Shown: in pieces, positions 38,105 through 47,808 of the stretch
How positions within the stretch are numbered: position 1 is the first letter of the stretch
Layout of the letters: every line of letters begins with the position of its first letter
Assembly (NCBI GenBank): GCA_011605725.1
Contig: JAAOZP010000009.1
Span: 1 to 64,000, forward strand
Direction: 5' to 3'
Length of the DNA stretch: 64,000 bases
From: Nitrososphaerota archaeon
Lineage (GTDB): Archaea; Thermoproteota; EX4484-205; JAAOZP01
Program-made: the position numbers and the translations under genes
The notes under the pieces: generated by a model
What the model was told of the DNA's origin: nothing
What the model saw: the letters and a program-made list of their open reading frames with translations, nothing else
The model's database searches: none

Positions 38105-38248
38105 CAGCATCCACCTCAGAATTTTCTGAGCATTCTTACGCAGGGTGTTTTTAAGCTTTTATCCGCTCTTTCAACATACCTTTAAACCTGCTTAAACGTT
38201 CTTTAGAAGACAAGCTCCTTAGTGATACCGTGTCATGGGCTTCTGAGC

Positions 38249-39097
38249 CTAGGCTTTTTCAAGAACTGATTCAAGCCGGCTTGCCTCTGCTCTCGCTGTC
38301 TGCAGCATTATTCTAACCGTGTTTTCATCATAGTACTGTGCTTTAAGGCTTAGTGTAACGGCCTTGGAAAAGGCTTCTCTAAGCATTATTCTAAGAGATT
38401 CAGGCGTCGGGAAGAACGTTGCAACAGACAGTTTTAAAGCGTTTTCAACACTCTTTGAGAATCCATTCGCAATGTCCTCAAAAGTTATTGAGAGAACTTC
38501 CTCACTATATACTATGCCATCGTGAATCGCGGCGTATGATTTTATGAATGCTTCAACAGGCCTTATGTTAAGCTTCGAGAGGACGGAGGCCAGTTGAGGC
38601 GTAACCACGTCCCCCGGCTTCGCTACGACAGTGTCTTTCGTTACCCATATGCTTCCGGTTTCAATCCTCGTCGGTAGGCCTACCTCGTTGAGAGAAGAGA
38701 TCACTGGGCCAGCTGGAAGACCGGTGTTTCCAGCGGGAACAACTATCTCCCTGTCAACAACATCCCCAGCGTTAAGAGGCAGTCTTATCGAATATTTCTT
38801 AAGCTCCTGTTGTAGCTCATACGGATTCACGTTTGAAACAATCAGCATTACTGAACCCTTGGAAGCATACTTCTTTAAGAACTCTCTTAACGCTTGCGAA
38901 CTTGTTTTCTCAGCAGCCTTCTGTAGAAGCGTCGTCTTAACATGTTTCAGAATAGCTTTCCCCCTTAGTCTTCTCCTAGCCTCGTTTATCGTTATGGATT
39001 TAACCCTGAAAGTGTTGACAAGCATAACCGTCTTGCTCGACTCTATCAGGCGGAGAATCTCGTCTACTACTCTTGCCTTGAGAACCTGCTGGCTCAA
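38249..39097 (-). CDS. rpl10: 50S ribosomal protein L10 (P0/uL10)
   Basis: VPAGNTGLPAGP, LSKLNIRP; gene order. Confidence 0.95.
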   Translation of the reverse strand: MSQQVLKARVVDEILRLIESSKTVMLVNTFRVKSITINEARRRLRGKAILKHVKTTLLQKAAEKTSSQALREFLKKYASKGSVMLIVSNVNPYELQQELKKYSIRLPLNAGDVVDREIVVPAGNTGLPAGPVISSLNEVGLPTRIETGSIWVTKDTVVAKPGDVVTPQLASVLSKLNIRPVEAFIKSYAAIHDGIVYSEEVLSITFEDIANGFSKSVENALKLSVATFFPTPESLRIMLREAFSKAVTLSLKAQYYDENTVRIMLQTARAEASRLESVLEKA

Positions 39098-39771
39098 GCC
39101 TTAGCCTCCCTCGATGCTTTAACGATCCTACCCATGGTTGTCTTAAACCCTACGTATCTTATTGATGCTGAACGCGGGAGTCTTCTTTCAACCACCGATA
39201 AGACTGCACTAGCGTTCTCCAGAAGCTGTTGAACAGTCATTTCCTCATGCCCTATTTTACATGAGACGGCGAGGCTGGATTTAAGCACAAGCCTCACGCT
39301 TCTCCTAAGCCTTTCAACAATCGGTGTTATCGACGAGGCTGGCGGAACCGGTGTTGGCATCTTGTTCTTAGGTCCGAGGAACTGGCCGAGCACCCTGCCG
39401 ACCAGAGGCATGAGCGGTGCTTCAGCTATGAAGAAATCGTAGGATTGCGCAATCTTCCTGCAGTTCTTCTTCTTACCGGCCATGCTGCTTAAAGAGTCTC
39501 TCGAAAGAACGTCCAGCCCAAGGCTTTTTGCTTCAATAGTCAAGGAGCCGTCTGTGAAGACGCATATTTTAGGCTGCGATTTATAAGGGCTGTGTGGAAG
39601 TTCCACGAGCTCTGTAAACCTTTGATCCGGCTTAGACAGGTCCACGCCGGCTAGGCACACGACTATTTCAACACTCTGCCGAAACTTCCTGGGCCTATTG
39701 TTCTCTGGTGAAAGAGCTTTTCTTAAAGCGTTTTCCAGCGAACTCTTGCTGACCGAGAGCGCTACCGACAT
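39094..39771 (-). CDS. rpl1: 50S ribosomal protein L1
   Basis: RKFRQSVE, LGPKNKMP, KTTMG. Confidence 0.96.
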   Translation of the reverse strand: MSVALSVSKSSLENALRKALSPENNRPRKFRQSVEIVVCLAGVDLSKPDQRFTELVELPHSPYKSQPKICVFTDGSLTIEAKSLGLDVLSRDSLSSMAGKKKNCRKIAQSYDFFIAEAPLMPLVGRVLGQFLGPKNKMPTPVPPASSITPIVERLRRSVRLVLKSSLAVSCKIGHEEMTVQQLLENASAVLSVVERRLPRSASIRYVGFKTTMGRIVKASREAKA

Positions 39772-39772
39772 T

Positions 39773-40282
39773 CTACGCACCCTCCCTGCTTAAAACCTCA
39801 TCGTACTCTCCTTTTTCAAGCATGCTGATAACTTCCTTCGGAGGCTTAGAGTCAACAGTTACACCCATGCTTTGACAAGTCCCCAAAACCTCCTTCACAA
39901 CCCCCTTAAGCGTCTTAGAATAGGTATCGTTCATCTTCATCTTAGCTATTTTAACGACTGCTTGGAAACTCAGGTTTCCCTTAGCCTCCTTGCCGGGTGC
40001 TCCAGACCCTTTGTCTATCCCAGCCTCCTTAGCTATCAGAGCTGAGGTTGTGGGGGTTTTAAGAGTTACCGTGAACTGCTTCGTATCGGTGTCAACCTCA
40101 ATCTCAACCGGGACCTTCATCCCCTTAAAATCCTTAGTGGCTTCGTTTATCTTAGCCACTACTGCCCCAACGTTAACACCTAAAGGGCCTATGGCTGGGC
40201 CTAGGGGTGGTCCCGGCGAAGCATTACCGCCCTCCACTATTAGGCTGAGAGTCTTCTTAGCCAGTTTTACACACCTTTTCAA
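39773..40282 (-). CDS. rpl11: 50S ribosomal protein L11
   Basis: PGPPLGPAIGPLG, GTCQSMG; true start probably near 40264. Confidence 0.97.
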   Translation of the reverse strand: MKRCVKLAKKTLSLIVEGGNASPGPPLGPAIGPLGVNVGAVVAKINEATKDFKGMKVPVEIEVDTDTKQFTVTLKTPTTSALIAKEAGIDKGSGAPGKEAKGNLSFQAVVKIAKMKMNDTYSKTLKGVVKEVLGTCQSMGVTVDSKPPKEVISMLEKGEYDEVLSREGA

Positions 40283-40344
40283 CGTGAGGCCTCTTGCAAG
40301 CCTTAAAAATATTTCTTAAGCAATCCAGGCCCTTAGGAATGGGT

Positions 40345-40833
40345 TTAAAGCTTAGCCTGGCCTTCTTCAACAACCCTTACGCTGTCCATTTTAAGCGTTA
40401 TTGGAAACGGGGCCACTGCACCGTCAAGCTCCACTGTAACCTCGTTCCTCTCAGGATTGACTTCTAAAACCCTTGCGCGGTTCTTTTTAAGCAGGCCTCC
40501 GACTATTTCAACAATATCTCCAACTTTAATCTCGGTGGCGACTGGTTTCTCCTCAAAATACTTTCTAAGATCGTTAATGCTTAAACTGCCCTGAACCCTT
40601 CTTTTAACATGCTTAATATCCCTTATCGCCTCCTCAACCGGAAAGGGGGAGTCGGCCTCGATGTAAATATAGCCCTTTAAACCAGGCAGCACTATTACGG
40701 AGTGAATCGGAAGACCCTCAGCTTCACACCTGTTCTTGATCATGAGGGCTGAAGACATTTCTTGGCCTATGGAGGTCCTCACGAGGAAAAACTTCGGCTC
40801 AGCAGTCTTATCCCTGCTCATCCTGTTCAGCAA
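40345..40833 (-). CDS. spt5: Transcription elongation factor Spt5 (NusG)
   Basis: RTSIGQE, LKGYIYIE, KOW motif GDIVEIVGG. Confidence 0.95.
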   Translation of the reverse strand: MLNRMSRDKTAEPKFFLVRTSIGQEMSSALMIKNRCEAEGLPIHSVIVLPGLKGYIYIEADSPFPVEEAIRDIKHVKRRVQGSLSINDLRKYFEEKPVATEIKVGDIVEIVGGLLKKNRARVLEVNPERNEVTVELDGAVAPFPITLKMDSVRVVEEGQAKL

Positions 40834-40837
40834 CCCC

Positions 40838-41023
40838 TTATCTGAGTTTCACACCCGTTAGCTGAAGGAGTGAGGCAACAATGTGTACAACGAAAGCCAT
40901 TCCCCCGACTACGAGGATTCCGATTAAGAAGATCTTTAGTGATAGCTTCAGCTCTGACCCGTCGGGTTTCTCGCTGAGCTTCAACACTCTAATTATGGTT
41001 CTAACCCTGTCTGTAAGACCCAT
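40838..41023 (-). CDS. secE: Protein translocase subunit SecE/Sec61gamma
   Basis: RVLKLSEKPD plus one TM helix; between ftsY and spt5. Confidence 0.9.
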   Translation of the reverse strand: MGLTDRVRTIIRVLKLSEKPDGSELKLSLKIFLIGILVVGGMAFVVHIVASLLQLTGVKLR

Positions 41024-41069
41024 ACCCGGTTTCCAACTGGAAAACAGGAATATATTCTTTTCCCCCGGA

Positions 41070-41978
41070 TTAGACAAGCATCATTAGGCTGTTAACGTAT
41101 TCCTTAGGGTTGAACCTTTTAAGATCAGAGTATTTCTGCCCAGTTCCCACGTATATGACTGGCTTCTTGGATGTGAAGGATACTGAGAGCGCTGCTCCCC
41201 CCTTAACGTCAGCGTCGAACTTGGCCAGTATTACCGCGTCGAAGCCGACATGACTGTTGAAGTCGGCAGCCTGGTTCCAAGCATCGTTCCCAGTTAACGC
41301 GTCTACTACAAGTATCGTGTACGAGGGTTCAACAACCCTCTTAATCTTTCTAAGCTCATCCATGAGGTTTACGTCAGTATGCATTCTTCCAGCCGTGTCT
41401 ATAAGGACAGCATCTATCCCCCTTCTTAAGGCTTGTTGAACTGCTTCGAAGCCTACGCTCGCAGGGTCTGAACCATACTCTTTAAAAACCATCGGCAGCC
41501 CAAGCGCCTTAGCATGCTGACCGAGTTGCTCCACAGCTCCAGCTCTGAAAGTGTCGCTGCAAGCCAGAAGGACGCTTAAACCATTCTCTTTAAACATGTG
41601 TGCAACCTTGGCTATTGTCGTTGTTTTCCCAACACCATTGACACCTATGAAAAGAAGCTTAAAGGGCTTCGGTGATCTCCGGGCTTCCTCGACAAGGTCG
41701 ATTTGAGAATTGCCCAACGTTTTCAGGAGGAAGAGCGTCAACTCTTGTTCTACAAGCTTCTTCACAGCATCCCTGTCGAAAATAGGGGTTCTCCGCCCTT
41801 CAAGGGTTTCAGCAATAGTCTTCTTCAACTCGTCGACAAGCGGGAGAGCCACGTCGCAGAGCACTAGTTTAAGCCCATAATCGTCAAGAACCTCTTCAAT
41901 CTTCTCCCGGCTGAGCGGTCTTGTTGAAACAGCTTCCACGAGGGATTTGAAAAGCTCGCCTACCTTCATAAGGAGCAC
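41070..41978 (-). CDS. ftsY: SRP receptor FtsY (NG domain only)
   Basis: GVNGVGKTT, DTFRAGA, DTAGR, KFDADVKGG, GTGQ. Confidence 0.96.
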   Translation of the reverse strand: MLLMKVGELFKSLVEAVSTRPLSREKIEEVLDDYGLKLVLCDVALPLVDELKKTIAETLEGRRTPIFDRDAVKKLVEQELTLFLLKTLGNSQIDLVEEARRSPKPFKLLFIGVNGVGKTTTIAKVAHMFKENGLSVLLACSDTFRAGAVEQLGQHAKALGLPMVFKEYGSDPASVGFEAVQQALRRGIDAVLIDTAGRMHTDVNLMDELRKIKRVVEPSYTILVVDALTGNDAWNQAADFNSHVGFDAVILAKFDADVKGGAALSVSFTSKKPVIYVGTGQKYSDLKRFNPKEYVNSLMMLV

Positions 41979-42394
41979 TATTTCTTAAGCTTCTCGTAGA
42001 GCAGTTGAATCCTGCTCCTGCTCTCTTCTATCTTAGCCTGAAGACTACTCATCTGGGTCTCTATGGATCCACGCGCATCATTAAGCTCGCTTAACCTTTT
42101 TTCAACCATTTTAAGAGTCTCCTCCAGGCTTCTCTCAATAAGTATTCCCGATCCGGTGTTAACGAGAAACCTGTTAGTATCTTTCAAAACTGCTTTACCG
42201 TAGACTCCTCCACCTATGTCTAGAAAAAGCTCAACACCTTCACCGGCTTTAGAAATCTCCTCGAGAGCGGATTTAGAAACCTGAAGGTCGTTTATAGATG
42301 CTACTACAAGCTGGTATCTTGACCTAAGCTCCTCCATGATTGTTTCGAATGATCTGAGCTCCGTTATGGCTTTCCTAAGCTCCTCCTCGCTCAT
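41978..42394 (-). CDS. pfdA: Prefoldin alpha subunit
   Basis: Coiled coils flanking IGGGVY..VNTGSG hairpins. Confidence 0.93.
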   Translation of the reverse strand: MSEEELRKAITELRSFETIMEELRSRYQLVVASINDLQVSKSALEEISKAGEGVELFLDIGGGVYGKAVLKDTNRFLVNTGSGILIERSLEETLKMVEKRLSELNDARGSIETQMSSLQAKIEESRSRIQLLYEKLKK

Positions 42395-42581
42395 CGGTTT
42401 CAGTCTTAACCTCCTCTAGGCTGAGTATTTTAATATTCTCCCTTTTAACACGGTGTCTACTCCCTATCAGAGAGTAGGCCTTCTCAAGAGCGGTCTTCTC
42501 CTTAGAAGCATCCACGCTTATGAAGAAAGGGATCTCCCTCAAAGGTTTTCGAAATGCTCCTTTAACTTTGAACACTGGCAT
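42375..42581 (-). CDS. rpl18a: 50S ribosomal protein LX (eL20/L18Ae)
   Basis: YSLIGSRHRVKR. Confidence 0.93.
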   Translation of the reverse strand: MPVFKVKGAFRKPLREIPFFISVDASKEKTALEKAYSLIGSRHRVKRENIKILSLEEVKTETDERGGA

Positions 42582-42605
42582 GCCTGAGCCTGGAGACGGG
42601 GCTTA

Positions 42606-43274
42606 TTAAAAATTTTTCAGCGCCAGCGATATGCTCATAAGCTCAGCCCCGGTTGTAGACTCTCCCACAAGCACCCCATACGGGCTTGCGAGCATGCCGA
42701 GCCTTATGAAAGCCAGCCCGTCGTTCACCGACACTGTGTAAACCCTGAGCTTTAAAACGTCTTCTAGAAGCTTCTTCTCTCTGTCTGACAGTATCTTGGA
42801 GGCGAAGCACAGTTCCTCTCCAGGCACTGCAAGAGCCCCTATAGCGACATAGTTGGCAAGTCTTGCGAAATCATAGTCGACCCCAAGGAAGTCAGCTATC
42901 GCTCTGGCCTCATTCGCGGGGACTCTCGTCGAGAAAAGCGCTCCCTTATTCGAGAGAATCATCATGTTTCCCCATGCTTTAAGCCTGCTTTCAACCCTCA
43001 TGATCTCCTTACCAAGCGTCTCCAGCTCTCTTAGCTCCTCATCCTCAACAGTGTCCGGGGCGATTATGAAGCTCGAGTTCACCGCTATCATCGATGAAAC
43101 GGCATGAACACCACCTATGTTTGTCACCGCTATCGAGCCGACTTTTAGAAAATCCCTAAGCCTCTTTAGGAAGCCCTGCGGAGCATTCTTGTTAACTACA
43201 GCATTAACTCCAAAGACCTTCGAGTAGGCCCCTATGAAGGGTGTTTTCCAGATTGATGCTCTGGCTACTTCCAT
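42606..43274 (-). CDS. eif6: Translation initiation factor 6
   Basis: AWGNMM..NKGAL, SVNDG..G..VGESTTGAEL; gene order. Confidence 0.92.
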   Translation of the reverse strand: MEVARASIWKTPFIGAYSKVFGVNAVVNKNAPQGFLKRLRDFLKVGSIAVTNIGGVHAVSSMIAVNSSFIIAPDTVEDEELRELETLGKEIMRVESRLKAWGNMMILSNKGALFSTRVPANEARAIADFLGVDYDFARLANYVAIGALAVPGEELCFASKILSDREKKLLEDVLKLRVYTVSVNDGLAFIRLGMLASPYGVLVGESTTGAELMSISLALKNF

Positions 43275-43277
43275 GAC

Positions 43278-43547
43278 TTATCGCTGCTCTGAAGCGGGGA
43301 GCCTTAGAACAACCTCATCCTCTTCAACGACCGCGAGAACTCTCATACGACTCTTCAAAACTTTCCCAAGGTTGGAGTGAATATACTCGTTCAAATCATT
43401 CCCAATAACTATTCTCTTACCTTTAAAAGCCTTTGAAGCCTTCTCCCTGAGCTTGCGGATTGCTACTTCACGCCTATCCGGAAAAGGCGCATTCTTAACC
43501 CTTGAAAGATTTATTGAAAGAATGGTCTCCTGAGTCTTACTGCTCAT
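43278..43547 (-). CDS. rpl31e: 50S ribosomal protein eL31 (divergent)
   Basis: SINLSR..AIRKLR..IGNDLNEYI; position between eL39 and eIF6. Confidence 0.85.
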   Translation of the reverse strand: MSSKTQETILSINLSRVKNAPFPDRREVAIRKLREKASKAFKGKRIVIGNDLNEYIHSNLGKVLKSRMRVLAVVEEDEVVLRLPASEQR

Positions 43548-43558
43548 CTCAAACCACC

Positions 43559-43720
43559 TTAAAGCTTGATCCTGCTTCTTCTCCAGTTTCTCCAGCGATG
43601 TGTAAACCTTACTTTCCCACGTGTCTTAGCTATGACCCATGTTGGCACGGAGTAGGCTCTCTTCAACTCAGCCTGCAGGCGAAGCTTCTTGCCAACAGTC
43701 TTGCTCCTAGCCAGCTCCAC
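43559..43720 (-). CDS. rpl39e: 50S ribosomal protein eL39 (not in ORF track)
   Basis: Manual translation ARSKTVGKKLRL..VPTWVIAKT..RNWRRSRIKL*. Confidence 0.93.
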   Translation of the reverse strand: MELARSKTVGKKLRLQAELKRAYSVPTWVIAKTRGKVRFTHRWRNWRRSRIKL

Positions 43721-44032
43721 TCACCTCAACCCTCTTTTCGAAGACAAGTATATTCTCTCCAGGATCTCCTTCAGATACTCGTCTTCAACCGGTATTTTAA
43801 GCTTGCCCTGCTGCGCTAAGGCTATAAGGTATTTCTCAACCTGCTCTGCAAGCTGTGGCTTAACCAGCCTTAGATTATTCAAACGGCTCCTCGCCTCAGG
43901 CGTGAAAACAATCCTGCTTAAAGTCTTTATGACCGTCTGCTCCTCTTGCCTACGCTTGCTTTCCTCAAGATCCTTCTCCATCTGTCTGCGCCGCTGTTCA
44001 AGTATTCTTGCAATCTCCTCGTCCTCACTCAT
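43721..44032 (-). CDS. PDCD5-family DNA-binding protein
   Basis: TPEARSRLNNLRLVKP..LIALAQQG. Confidence 0.95.
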   Translation of the reverse strand: MSEDEEIARILEQRRRQMEKDLEESKRRQEEQTVIKTLSRIVFTPEARSRLNNLRLVKPQLAEQVEKYLIALAQQGKLKIPVEDEYLKEILERIYLSSKRGLR

Positions 44033-44040
44033 TTTCCCAA

Positions 44041-44469
44041 CTACCCTTTTCCAGCAATCTCGCGGGACAGCTTGTCTAGGAGGGAAACACCCTTCGGCGT
44101 CAATCCCCTGCCCTTGTTCGACCTACTTACTAGACCTGCTGCCTCAAGCTGCTGAAGGATCCTTCTGATTATTGCTCCACCAGCCCTAACCTTATGCGCC
44201 CTCCTCATAGGGTATTTCTTCCTACCGCCGTACGCCTTTCTAAGTCTTGAAACACCCATCGGACCCTTCACGTAAAGCCTTCTAAGTATTGAGGCGGCTC
44301 TGACATACCACCAGTCTAAGCGATCCGGAGGCCTCTCCCGGTGGCTGCCCGTTTTAACGAAAAGAGCCCACCTAGGGGGACTTACCTCCTTAACGTTCTC
44401 ACTAAGGTATTCTGCAATCCTCTCTATCAGCATGTCAGCCGGAACCGCTTTAACATGTACAGCCTCCAA
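44041..44469 (-). CDS. rps19e: 30S ribosomal protein eS19
   Basis: VKTGSHRERPP..WWYVRAASILR, LQQLE. Confidence 0.97.
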   Translation of the reverse strand: MEAVHVKAVPADMLIERIAEYLSENVKEVSPPRWALFVKTGSHRERPPDRLDWWYVRAASILRRLYVKGPMGVSRLRKAYGGRKKYPMRRAHKVRAGGAIIRRILQQLEAAGLVSRSNKGRGLTPKGVSLLDKLSREIAGKG

Positions 44470-44531
44470 CAGTCTTCAGTCTCCGCTTAGAGGCAAAGGT
44501 TTTATAAGGTTTAGCGTGGGGAGGCCTATGG

Positions 44532-45212
44532 ATGAAGAGTCTCGTATGCTTTTTCGACGCGAGCCTTGAGCTTGTTCCAAGAGAGCTAGCTGCCCATCCG
44601 CAGGTTGTTAAAAACGCTGCTAAAAAGGGGAAAAACCCGTTGGAAACGATGCTTGAAAAAAGCATCCATCATAAGGCGATTCTGAGGCTTGAAAACAGGG
44701 AGAAAAGAGGCAGGCCGGATATTCTGCATACCTGTCTTAAAATAGTTTCAGACTCCCCCGTATATAGGGCTGGGAAGCTGAGGGTTGTGGTGCACACCGT
44801 AGGCGGGAAATGGATTGTTCCAATAGGGAGAATAAGGTTTCCAGTGACCTACGGGAACTTCATAGGGTTGATGGAAAAGCTTCTCTCAGAAGGCAGAATC
44901 CTAGACCCTAGTGGGAGAATCCTTATTGAAACAGTGTCGAAAAAGGATGCTTTAAGGGTTTTAGACGAATATCCTCGCAGGATACTCTTCACTCATGTTG
45001 GCAGGAGAGTTGAGGTTAGAGATTATGTTGAAAGCGTTTCAAAAGACGGTGTCCCAGCATGCTTTTTCATAGGTGCATACCCGAGGGGAAGACCCTCTGA
45101 AGAAATATGGAGCATGACTGGGGAGAAGATTTCAGTTTACGACGGGGTTTTAGCAGCCTGGACGGTGACAGCTTGGCTTACTTACGAGATATTCCGGCTA
45201 AATCCTTGCTAG
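44532..45212 (+). CDS. nep1: 16S rRNA pseudouridine N1-methyltransferase Nep1/Emg1
   Basis: LELVP, KRGRPDILH, F.GLMEKL, IGAYPRG. Confidence 0.93.
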   Translation: MKSLVCFFDASLELVPRELAAHPQVVKNAAKKGKNPLETMLEKSIHHKAILRLENREKRGRPDILHTCLKIVSDSPVYRAGKLRVVVHTVGGKWIVPIGRIRFPVTYGNFIGLMEKLLSEGRILDPSGRILIETVSKKDALRVLDEYPRRILFTHVGRRVEVRDYVESVSKDGVPACFFIGAYPRGRPSEEIWSMTGEKISVYDGVLAAWTVTAWLTYEIFRLNPC

Positions 45213-45619
45213 TATATGAAGACTCTTGACGCAATAACCCTGTCGTAAACCTCGTCCAACTCCCTTACTTCAGAGAATAATCCTGAAAGCTCGGCGATTC
45301 TCTGTGCTAAAAGATGGTAGCAAGCATATGCTTCTCCAGTCATAACGTAGTAGAAGAAATCCTTGCAGGAACAATACTTTACCAATGGGATAACAAGATA
45401 CTCCTCCTCCCTGCCTACGATAATCCACCTAACCCTGTTTGAGGGCTGCAGAACATACTTCTTCACTCTTTTTAAGGCTACTGTCCTTAATGCTTTCCTG
45501 CCTCTTTCGCCGAAAACGCTGATAATCTTCTCCTCACACTCGCGCGTCACACCCTGAGTCTTAAGAGTAATTGCTATTTCCTCAGGTATGCTGTCAGCGT
45601 TATCCTTATCTTTAATCAT
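45209..45619 (-). CDS. SWIM zinc-finger protein
   Basis: YCSCKDF..CYHL. Confidence 0.85.
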   Translation of the reverse strand: MIKDKDNADSIPEEIAITLKTQGVTRECEEKIISVFGERGRKALRTVALKRVKKYVLQPSNRVRWIIVGREEEYLVIPLVKYCSCKDFFYYVMTGEAYACYHLLAQRIAELSGLFSEVRELDEVYDRVIASRVFIY

Positions 45620-45636
45620 CCTCTCATTACCTAGGC

Positions 45637-46383
45637 TTGAACACGCAGACAGGATTTAAGCTTATTAAAGGGGAGCCGGCGCTGCTAGCTGGAGAAACAC
45701 TCGTTATCGCAGACACACACATAGGTTACGAGGGTGAGATACGGCTTAAGGGGATTAAGCTTCCAAGCCTAACCAGGAGCATCCTTACGCGTATTCTAAA
45801 CCTGGCTGAGAAAACATCTGCTACAAGACTGCTGATCCTTGGAGACTTGAAACACACTGTCTACGGGCCCAGGGGGCTCGAGTGGATGGAGATCCCGGAG
45901 TTCATGCGGAGAATCGCCACCAGGTTTGAATGGGTTGGTGTCGTTCCTGGAAATCACGACGGGGATCTTTACACCGTCCTGCCTGAGGAAGTTGAGCTAA
46001 TGGATTCTGACGGAGTCCTGCTCAACGGGATTCTCTTCACGCATGGTCATAAGAGGATTGATAATGTTCTCGACAAGAAAGGTTGGAGCAATGTTAGGAA
46101 AATTGTAGTTGGACATTTCCACCCGGCTGTAGAGCTTCTCGACGACCTAGGATACAGATACGTGATTCCGGTCTGGATTAGGGGTTTACTGAAGAACAGT
46201 GTTGAAATATTTTTTATGCCGGCTTTCAACAAGAACATTGGGAAACTTATAGTTAACAATCCTGAGAGAATGTCTGATGAGTTAAAAGGTTTCTTAAAAA
46301 CAGGTTCAATTAATCTTAAAGAGGCTGAGGCATACAGCCTTGACCTAGTCCTCATAGGGAGAATCGGTGAAATAGAGACATAA
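45637..46383 (+). CDS. Calcineurin-like metallophosphoesterase
   Basis: ADTHIG, GDLKH, GNHD, HGH, GHFHP, MPAF. Confidence 0.92.
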   Translation: MNTQTGFKLIKGEPALLAGETLVIADTHIGYEGEIRLKGIKLPSLTRSILTRILNLAEKTSATRLLILGDLKHTVYGPRGLEWMEIPEFMRRIATRFEWVGVVPGNHDGDLYTVLPEEVELMDSDGVLLNGILFTHGHKRIDNVLDKKGWSNVRKIVVGHFHPAVELLDDLGYRYVIPVWIRGLLKNSVEIFFMPAFNKNIGKLIVNNPERMSDELKGFLKTGSINLKEAEAYSLDLVLIGRIGEIET

Positions 46384-46516
46384 ATATACGCGTCGGTTTT
46401 CCTTCTAGAGTAGGATCCTGCTGTCTAGCGCGCTGTTTTCACAGTATTCTTTCGAAAACGTTGAATACTTTAATACTGTTGAGAAAAACTTATATCAAGA
46501 CTTTAAACATAATCCT

Positions 46517-47536
46517 GTGAGTTTGAATACTCGGATCCAGAAAATAGTGTTTATAATGGGTCTAATACTATTCTCAACGGGGGTCTTTATTACGATGGGT
46601 ATTCCGGAGGACGCCGGCTGGAAGCATAGGAGCAAAACATTGATTGAAGGAAAAACTATAAGTGTTTCAGCTGGATGGAAATCTGACAGCAGGAAACTCA
46701 TCGAAGAGGTTCTAAAAGTTGAAGCCCCTCTGAAATACGATGTATGTTGGGGAGCCACGCCGCTCTTCTTCGGAGAGGAAAAAGACTTCATGATAACTGG
46801 GGGGGCAGTTGAGCAATCATCTCCTAGAAAGCCTTTCAACCTATATGTTCTCGACCGTGTAAACCTCAACCTGTGGGAAGCAGGATTACCCTACAGGGCT
46901 TACTACGAGGAGAAGGGTAAGACTTCAGTCAACTTCACCTTCACAATAGCATCGAAGGAAAATTTGCCTGACGCAATCTATTTTATCGTGGAGGAGCATG
47001 ATCCAGGAGTAGAGCCAATAGTCCTTGTCAGCTCGACGATCAGCTGGACCGAGAAATCTTCGAAAACAGATTGCACTGGATACGTAGCGTTCACGCCTCA
47101 GGTTTTAATCGGAGAGGCTAAGGATTTCATGCTTAAGGGTAACGCTACAGAGGAGAACGGAAACAGGTTCAACTTCTACGTTATGGAGTATTCTAACTAT
47201 TGGGAATGGCTTGCAGGTAAAAACTATACGGCCATGCTTGAGCGGGAGGACGTGAACTTTTTAAGCTTCAACATTTCGCTTGCAGAAGATCAAGTGAGCC
47301 CGGCGTTCAGCGTGTGTTTTGTTGTTGAAAATACCTTAAAAGATGTGGATGAAAAAATCATTATTAATGCGACGTTAGAATGGCAGGAGAAAACAACTGT
47401 TTCACCAGTCCCCGGTGGAAAAATAATTGGCATCATCATGGCAAGCATGGGCCTTATCATGATAGTTACTGGAATTGCTCCGGTAGTATTTAAACATGGA
47501 GGAAATCTCTTCGACAACATGGGAAATAATGTATAG
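46517..47536 (+). CDS. Membrane protein with two tandem extracellular beta-domains
   Basis: N- and C-terminal TM helices; internal repeat KDFM..FN.YV..W.AG..F.VE. Confidence 0.7.
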   Translation: MSLNTRIQKIVFIMGLILFSTGVFITMGIPEDAGWKHRSKTLIEGKTISVSAGWKSDSRKLIEEVLKVEAPLKYDVCWGATPLFFGEEKDFMITGGAVEQSSPRKPFNLYVLDRVNLNLWEAGLPYRAYYEEKGKTSVNFTFTIASKENLPDAIYFIVEEHDPGVEPIVLVSSTISWTEKSSKTDCTGYVAFTPQVLIGEAKDFMLKGNATEENGNRFNFYVMEYSNYWEWLAGKNYTAMLEREDVNFLSFNISLAEDQVSPAFSVCFVVENTLKDVDEKIIINATLEWQEKTTVSPVPGGKIIGIIMASMGLIMIVTGIAPVVFKHGGNLFDNMGNNV

Positions 47537-47808
47537 AATAGGCCCATGAAAGCATGAGAGAAGAGCATGTGTAGAGTTGGGTTCACGCGATTTAGCTACG
47601 TGACGTGTTTATGATACGTATTGATACCAGTAGAAAAGCGCGGCGCTTAAACCGGTTTTCTTAAAGTACGTGTTTCCTACTGGTTTAGACTTGATCCTTG
47701 AAGCATTAGAATGTTCAAAAGCTGTTTACGCGCACATTTAGATGGTAACACTTGACTGGTTGGTCGTTGAAGTTTTAAAAATGTTCTCGTAAGGTTTAAA
47801 AGCTAAAA

